In this document: piece after piece, positions 53,701 to 62,700 of the stretch
How the letters are laid out: every line of letters begins with the position of its first letter
How positions within the stretch are numbered: the first letter of the stretch is position 1
Assembly: GCF_900230215.1 (NCBI RefSeq)
Contig: NZ_LT907982.1
Location: 3,827,568-3,891,567, forward strand
DNA from: Jatrophihabitans sp. GAS493
Lineage (GTDB): Bacteria > Actinomycetota > Actinomycetes > Mycobacteriales > Jatrophihabitantaceae
Length of the DNA stretch: 64,000 bases
Direction: 5' to 3'
Notes under the pieces: generated by a model
Seen by the model: the letters and a program-made list of their open reading frames with translations, nothing else
The model's database searches: none
What the model was told of the DNA's origin: nothing
Translations under genes and position numbers: made by a program

Positions 53701-56700
53701 CGATGTTCAACGCCAGCGACCCGGCGACCGAGATCTTCCCGCCACCGGCACCCGCCACCGACGCCGCGCCATACGTGGACTGAGTGTCGGTTCCGACCGT
53801 GGTCTCAGTCGCGCTGACTGTCAGATCGTGGGCAAATACCTTATTGTTCCCGACCGGCAGCGATGCAGTGTTGGTGACGTTGGCGAGGTTGATTGCCACC
53901 CCGGCACCGATCGTCGCCGTCGTCCCACTGGTGGCCGAGCCGTCCGCGCCGGCCGCGGCGTCGGTGTTCGCCGATGACGCGAACGTCACCAGGGCGCCTG
54001 CCGTAAGCGTCAGCCCGGTTCCAACGAGAGTGGCCAGCGAACTGGTCGTCGCCAGGTTGACTCCGATCGCCGCGGCAACACTGACCTTCCCGCCGGAGGT
54101 CGAGGCACTTGGCGCGGTTGCCGTCCCCGATCCCTTGCCGCCGTTGGCCGTCGCCGTGGAGTCGGCGTTGGAGCGCTCGCCGGCGACCTGGTCGTCCACG
54201 CCCGATCCGCCACTGCCGCCGCTGCCACTGTTCTCCGGCGCCCCTGCGGCCGATGCACTGGCGATCGCATTGCTCGCCGAGGAACCGAACGCGCTCAGCG
54301 TCAAGTTCCCACCGGCCGTGATCGACCTCGCCGTGGTCGCTGACACCGCATGGTTCGCGATCGTGAGCGCCAGGCCAACACCGACCGCCGCCGTCGACGC
54401 ACCGGTCGCCGTCGCCCCGGCACTGGTCAGGGCGCCGGCCGTCTGGCTGGCGTTCGCCGCAAACGCACCCGTCAGGGTCAGCAGCGCACCGGTCCCCACC
54501 GTCGCCTTCGTCGTGACGTTGGAGATCGTGACCGCGACCGCCGGGGTGAGTGCGACCTTCCCACCGGCCGCACCCATCTTTGCTGCATTCGTCGCGAGGT
54601 CAGTCGCTGAAGCGCTGAGGGTGATGTTGCGAGCGCCGGTGATTGGGATGTTGTCGACGAGGGTCGCCGACGTGGTGTCGGTGATCAGGCTCAGGGCGAC
54701 GCTGGCCCCGATGCCGACACTCGTGGCGGTCACGCCCCCGACGGTCGGGAAGGCGGTCACCGTCGAGGCGGCGCTGCTCGCGGCGGTGAGGGTGGCGTCG
54801 CCGCCGAGCAGCGTCACCGGTGAGGCAACCAGGGCGGTCGTGGTCTGGTTGACGATGTTCAGCGCCAGCGACCCGGCGACGGAGATCTTCCCGCCGCCGG
54901 CACCCGCCACCGAGGCCGCGCCATACGTCGATTGGGTGTCGGTTCCGATCGTGGTCTCGGTCGCGCGCACCGTCAGGTCGTGAGCCTTCACAGCGTTGTT
55001 CCCGGCGGGCAGTGACGCGATGTTGGTGACGTTGGCCAGGTTGATCGCCACCCCGGCCCCGATCGTCGCCGTTGTCCCACTGGTGGCTGAACCGTCCGCG
55101 CCGGCCGCGGCGTCTGTGTTCGCCGAGCTGGCGAATGTGACCAGGCCACCAGAGGTCAGCACGAGGTTGGTACCGATCAGAGTGGCCAGCGAACTGGTCG
55201 TCGCCAGGTTGACTCCGATCGCCGCGGCGACGGAGACCTTCCCGCCGGAGGTCGAGGCGCTCGGTGTGGTTGCTGTACCCGATCCCTTGCCACCATTGGC
55301 CGTTGCCGTGGAGTCGGCATTGGAGCGTTCGCTCGCGACCTGGTTGTCGACACCGGAGCCGCCGCTGCCACCGCTTCCGCTGTTCTCCGGCGCACCGCCC
55401 GCCGAGGCGCTGGCGATCGCATTACTCGCCGAGGAACCGAATGCACCGAGCGTCAAGTTGCCACCGGCATTGATGCTGCGAGCAGTCGTCGCCGACACCG
55501 AATGATTCGCGACCGTCAGAGCCAGACCCACCCCAACTGCCGCGGTCGACGCACTGGTCGCTGTCGCCCCGGCACTGGTCAGGGCGCCGGCCGTCTGAGT
55601 CGCGTTCGCCGCAAACGCGCCGGTGAGGAGCAGGACGCCATTGCCCGTCAGCAAACCAACCGATGCGGTTGTCGTGACGTTCGAGATCGTGATCGCGACC
55701 GCCGGGGTGAGGGCGACCTTGCCGCCGGCGGCACCCATCTTCGCTGCTGTGCTGGCGAGGTCGATCGCCGTGGCTCCGAGCGTGACGTTCCGCGCTCCGG
55801 TGAGCGTCACGTTGTCAGGGAGGCTGGCCGTGGTCACGTCGGTGATCAGGTTCAACCCAACCGATGCACCGATACCGACACTGGTCGAGGTGACCCCACC
55901 GGCGGTCGGGAAAGCAGTCACCGTTGAGGCGGCGCTGCTCGCGGCGGTGAGCGTGGCGTCGCCACCGGTGAGCGTGACCGGCCCGGCGACCAGCGCGGTC
56001 GTGGTCTGGTTGACGATGTTCAGCGCCAGCGACCCGGCGACCGAGATCTTCCCGCCACCGGCACCCGCCACCGAGGCCGCGCCATAGGTGGATTGGGTGT
56101 CGGTTCCGACCGTCGTCTCAGTCGCACTCACCGTCAGATCGTGGGCAAATACCTTATTGTTTCCGACCGGCAGCGATGCGGTGTTGGTGACGTTGGCGAG
56201 GTTGATCGCCACCCCCGCCCCGATCGTCGCGGTAGTGCCGGAGGTCGCGGAACCATCGGCCTTCGCCGACGCATCCGTGTTCGCCGAGCTAGCGAGCGTG
56301 ACCAGCCCACCGGATGTCATTACGAGGTTGGCACCGAGCAGGGTGGCCAGCGAGGTCGTGGTCGCCAGGTTGATGCCGACCGCGGCGGCAACACTGACCT
56401 TGCCCCCCGACGTCGACGCGCTCGGCGTCGTCCCGGTGCCAGATCCCTTGCCGCCGTTCGCGGTCGCCGTGGAATCGGCGTTGGACCGTTCCGCCGCGAC
56501 CTGATTGTCAACGCCGGATCCCGAACCACCACCAGCACCGCTGTTCTCCGGAGCACCACCCGCCGACGCACTCGCCGACGCTGACGAGCTCGACGAACCG
56601 AAAGCGCTCAGAGTTAGCGCGCCACCAGCGGTGATGCTGCGAGCGGTAGTCGCTGCGACCGAATCGTTCGCAATATTGAGGGCAACACCAACACCCACCG

Positions 56701-59700
56701 CCGCGGTCGAGGCGCCAGTCGCCGTCGCACCCGCCGTCGTTGAGGAGGACGCGGTCTGCACCGCATTCGCCGCGAACGCACCGGTCAGCGTGAGCAGAGT
56801 TCCCGTGCCCACGGTGGCGCTCGTGGTCACGTTGCCGATCGTCACCGCGACCGCCGGAGTCAACGCGACACTGCCACCAGCCGCGCCCATCTTCGCCTCA
56901 GTGGTCGCTGAATCAGTCGCGGTCGCCGACAGGGTCACGTTCCGGGCACCAGTCAAGGCCACACCGTTGGGAATGGAGGCAGTGGTCGTATCGGTGATCA
57001 GGTTCAAACCAACCGATGCACCGATACCGACACTGGTCGACGTGACACCACCGGCGGTCGGGAACGCCGTCACAGTCGACGAAGCATTGCTGGCCGCGGT
57101 CACGACCGCATCGCCACCGGTCAGCGTCACTGTCGAACCGACCAGAGCCGACGTGGTCTGGTTGACGATGTTCAACGCCAACGATCCGGCGACCGAGATC
57201 TTCCCGCCACCCGCACCGGCCACCGAACCCGCACCATACGTCGACTGGGAGTCAGCGCCGACAGTTGTTTCCGTCGCGGAAACGGTCAGGCTCTTCGCCT
57301 TCACAGTGTCCCCGGCCGGAGCCACCGCAGAGTTAAGTACATTCGCCAGGTTGATCGCCACCCCGGCACCGATCGTCGCCGTCGTCCCACTGGTAGCCGA
57401 ACCGTCCGCCTTCGCCGACGCATCGGTGTTACCCGACGACGCCAACGTCACCAGACCACCAGAGGTAAGGATCACGTTGGCACCGAGAATCGTGGCCAGC
57501 GAAGAGGTCGTCGCCAGGTTGATCCCGACCGCCGCGGCGACCGACACCTTCCCACCCGACGTGGACGCACTCGGCGTCGTCCCGGTGCCAGATCCCTTGC
57601 CGCCGTTCGCGGTCGCCGTGGAATCAGCGTTGCTTCGCTCGGCCGCGACCTGATCATCAACACCAGAGCCAGACCCACCACCAGCACCGCTGTTCTCTGG
57701 AGCACCACCCGCCGAGGCACTCGCCGACGCTGACGAGCTCGACGAACCGAACGCGCTCAGAGTCAATGCGCCACCGGCAGTGATGCTGCGAGCGGTAGTC
57801 GCAGAAACCGAATCGTTCGCAATATTGAGCGCAACACCAACACCCACCGCGGCGGTCGAGGCGCCAGTCGCGGTCGCACCAGCGGCCGTTGAGGAGGACG
57901 CGGTCTGCACCGCATTCGCCGCGAACGCACCGGTCAGCGTGAGCAGAGTTCCCGTGCCCACGGTGGCGCTCGTCGTCACGTTGCCGATCGTCACCGCGAC
58001 GGCCGGCGTGAGGGCGACCTTCCCGCCGGCCGCGCCCATCTTCGCCTCAGTCGACGCCACATCCGTCGCGGTCGCCGACAACGTGACGTTGCGAGCACCA
58101 GTCAACGCAACTCCGTCGGCGATGCTGGCCGTGGTCGTATCGGTGATCAAGTTCAACCCAACCGAAGCCCCGACGCCGACGGTCGTCGACGTGACACCGC
58201 CGGCGGTCGGGAACGCCGTCACCGTCGACAACGCACTGCTGGCCGCCGTCACGATCACATCGCCACCGGTCAACGTCACCGTCGAACCGACCAGAGCCGA
58301 CGTGGTCTGATTGACGATGTTCAACGCCAACGATCCGGCGACCGAGATCTTCCCGCCACCAGCACCCGCGACCGACGCCGCGCCATAAGTCGACTGGGTG
58401 TCAGCGCCGACAGTTGTTTCCGTCGCGGAAACGGTCACGCTCTTCGCCTTCACAGTGTCCCCGGCCGGAGCCACAGCGGAGTTGAGTACATTCGCCAGGT
58501 TGATCGCCACCCCAGCACCGATCGTCGCCGTCGTCCCACTGGTAGCCGAACCATCCGCCTTCGCCGACGCATCCGTATTCGCCGACGACGCCAACGTCAC
58601 CAGCCCACCAGAGGTAAGGATCACGTTGGCGCCGAGAATCGTGGCCAGCGAGGTCGTGGTCGCCAGGTTGATCCCGACCGCCGCGGCGACCGACACCTTC
58701 CCACCCGACGTCGACGCCGACGGCGTAGCCGAAGTACCCGATCCCTTACCGCCGTTCGCGGTCGCCGTGGAATCAGCGTTCGACCGCTCCGCCGCGACCT
58801 GATCATCAACACCGGAACCAGACCCACCACCAGCACCACTGTTCTCCGGAGCACCACCCGCCGACGCGCTAGCCGAGGCTGCCGACCCCGACGAACCGAA
58901 AGCGCTCAGAGTCAGCGCGCCACCAGCGGTGATGCTGCGAGCGGTAGTCGCAGAAACCGCATCATTCGCAATATTCAGCGCAACACCAACACCAACCGCC
59001 GCAGTCGAGGCACCAGTCGCCGTCGCACCCGCCGTCGTCGACGACGACGCCGCCTGCACCGCATTCGCCGCGAACGCACCGGTCAGCGTGAGCAGAGTTC
59101 CGGTCCCGACTGTCGCGCTTGTGGTCACGTTGCCGATGGCGACCGCGACTGCGGGCGTCAACGCGACACTGCCACCAGCCGCACCCATCTTCGCCTCAGT
59201 CGACGCCACATCCGTCGCAATCGCACTCAACGTGACATTGCGAGCGCCGGTCAGCGCCACACCATTGGGAATGGATGCAGTGGTCGAGTCGGTGATCAAG
59301 TTCAAACCAACCGATGCACCGATACCGACACTGGTCGACGTGACCCCACCGGCGGTCGGGAACGCCGTCACCGTCGACGAAGCACTGCTGGCCGCGGTCA
59401 CGACCGCATCGCCACCGGTCAGCGCCACTGTCGAACCGACCAGAGCCGACGTCGTCTGGTTCACGATGTTCAGCGCCAGCGACCCGGCGACCGAGATCTT
59501 CCCGCCACCGGCACCCGCCACCGAACCCGCACCATACGTCGACTGGGAGTCAGCGCCGACAGTTGTCTCCGCCGCCGAGACCGTCAGACTCTTCGCCTTC
59601 ACAGTGTCCCCGGCCGGAGCCGCCGCGGAGTTGATGACGTTGGCCAGGTTGATCGCCACCCCGGCACCGATCGTCGCGGTAGTCCCGGAGGTGGCCGAAC

Positions 59701-62700
59701 CATCGGCCTTCGCCGACGCATCCGTGTTCGCCGAGCTAGCGAGCGTGACCAGCCCACCGGAAGTCATTACGAGGTTGGCACCGAGCAGGGTGGCCAGCGA
59801 GGTCGTGGTCGCCAGGTTGATGCCGACCGCGGCGGCAACACTGACCTTGCCCCCCGACGTCGACGCACTCGGCGTCGTCCCGGTGCCAGATCCCTTGCCA
59901 CCATTCGCCGTCGCCGTGGAATCGGCGTTGGACCGTTCCGCCGCGACCTGATTGTCAACGCCGGATCCCGAACCACCACCAGCACCGCTGTTCTCCGGAG
60001 CACCACCCGCCGACGCACTCGCCGACGCTGACGAGCTCGACGAACCGAAAGCGCTCAGAGTTAGCGCGCCACCAGCGGTGATGCTGCGAGCGGTAGTCGC
60101 AGAAACCGAGTCATTCGCAATATTCAGCGCAACACCAACACCCACCGCCGCGGTCGAGGCGCCAGTCGCCGTCGCACCCGCCGTCGTCGACGACGACGCG
60201 GTCTGCACCGCATTCGCCGCGAACGCACCCGTCACCAACAGCAACGCACCAGTGCCGACCGTCGCCTTAGTCGTCACGTTCCCGATCGTCACCGCGACCG
60301 CCGGCGTCAACGCGACACTGCCACCAGCCGCGCCCATCTTCGCCTCAGTCGACGCCGCATCCGTCGCAATCGCACTCAACGTGACATTGCGAGCGCCGGT
60401 CAGCGCCACACCGTTGGGAATGGATGCAGTGGTCGAGTCGGTGATCAGGTTCAAACCAACCGATGCACCGATACCGACACTGGTCGACGTGACACCACCG
60501 GCGGTCGGGAACGCAGTCACAGTCGACGAAGCACTGCTGGCCGCGGTCACGACCGCATCGCCACCGGTCAGCGCCGCTGTCGAACCGACCAGAGCCGACG
60601 TCGTCTGGTTCACGATGTTCAACGCCAACGAGCCGGCGACCGAGATCTTCCCGCCACCAGCACCGGCCACCGAACCCGCACCATAAGTCGACTGGGAGTC
60701 AGCGCCGACAGTTGTTTCCGTCGCGGAAACGGTCAGGCTCTTCGCCTTCACAGTGTCCCCGGCCGGAGCCACCGCAGAGTTAAGTACATTCGCCAGGTTG
60801 ATCGCCACCCCGGCACCGATCGTCGCCGTCGTCCCACTGGTAGCCGAACCGTCCGCCTTCGCCGACGCATCGGTGTTACCCGAAGACGCCAACGTCACCA
60901 GACCACCAGAGGTAAGGATCAGGTTGGCACCGAGAATCGTGGCCAGCGAAGAGGTCGTCGCCAGGTTGATCCCGACCGCCGCGGCGACCGACACCTTCCC
61001 ACCCGACGTGGACGCACTCGGCGTCGTCCCGGTGCCAGATCCCTTGCCGCCGTTCGCGGTCGCCGTGGAATCAGCGTTGCTTCGCTCGGCCGCGACCTGA
61101 TCATCAACACCAGAGCCAGACCCACCACCAGCACCGCTGTTCTCTGGAGCACCACCCGCCGAGGCACTCGCCGAAGCTGACGAGCTCGACGAACCGAACG
61201 CGCTCAGAGTCAATGCGCCACCGGCAGTGATGCTGCGAGCGGTAGTCGCAGAAACCGAATCGTTCGCAATATTGAGCGCAACACCAACACCCACCGCGGC
61301 GGTCGAGGCACCAGTCGCGGTCGCACCAGCGGCCGTTGAGGAGGACGCGGTCTGCACCGCATTCGCCGCGAACGCACCGGTCAGCGTGAGCAGAGTTCCC
61401 GTGCCCACGGTGGCGCTCGTCGTCACGTTGCCGATCGTCACCGCGACGGCCGGCGTGAGGGCGACCTTCCCGCCGGCCGCGCCCATCTTCGCCTCAGTCG
61501 ACGCCACATCCGTCGCGGTCGCCGACAACGTGACGTTGCGAGCACCAGTCAACGCAACTCCGTCGGCGATGCTGGCCGTGGTCGTATCGGTGATCAAGTT
61601 CAACCCAACCGAAGCCCCGACGCCGACGGTCGTCGACGTGACACCGCCGGCGGTCGGGAACGCCGTCACCGTCGACAACGCACTGCTGGCCGCCGTCACG
61701 ATCACATCGCCACCGGTCAACGTCACCGTCGAACCGACCAGAGCCGACGTGGTCTGATTGACGATGTTCAACGCCAACGATCCGGCGACCGAGATCTTCC
61801 CGCCACCAGCACCCGCGACCGACGCCGCGCCATAAGTCGACTGGGTGTCAGCGCCGACAGTTGTTTCCGTCGCGGAAACGGTCACGCTCTTCGCCTTCAC
61901 AGTGTCCCCGGCCGGAGCCACAGCGGAGTTGAGTACATTCGCCAGGTTGATCGCCACCCCAGCACCGATCGTCGCCGTCGTCCCACTGGTAGCCGAACCA
62001 TCCGCCTTCGCCGACGCATCCGTATTCGCCGACGACGCCAACGTCACCAGCCCACCAGAGGTAAGGATCACGTTGGCGCCGAGAATCGTGGCCAGCGAGG
62101 TCGTGGTCGCCAGGTTGATCCCGACCGCCGCGGCGACCGACACCTTCCCACCCGACGTCGACGCCGACGGCGTAGCCGAAGTACCCGATCCCTTACCGCC
62201 GTTCGCGGTCGCCGTGGAATCAGCGTTCGACCGCTCCGCCGCGACCTGATCATCAACACCGGAACCAGACCCACCACCAGCACCACTGTTCTCCGGAGCA
62301 CCACCCGCCGACGCGCTAGCCGAGGCTGCCGACCCCGACGAACCGAAAGCGCTCAGAGTCAGCGCGCCACCAGCGGTGATGCTGCGAGCGGTAGTCGCAG
62401 AAACCGCATCATTCGCAATATTCAGCGCAACACCAACACCAACCGCCGCAGTCGAGGCACCAGTCGCCGTCGCACCCGCCGTCGTCGACGACGACGCCGC
62501 CTGCACCGCATTCGCCGCGAACGCACCCGACACCAACAGCAACGCACCAGTACCAACCGTCGCCGAAGTACTGATGTTGCCGATCGTCACCGCGACCGCA
62601 GGAGTGATGGCAACCTTGCCGCCAGCCGCGCCCATCATGGCGACCGTGGTGGCGAGATCCGCACTCACCGCGGAGAGCGTCACGGCGCCGGCTCCGGTCA

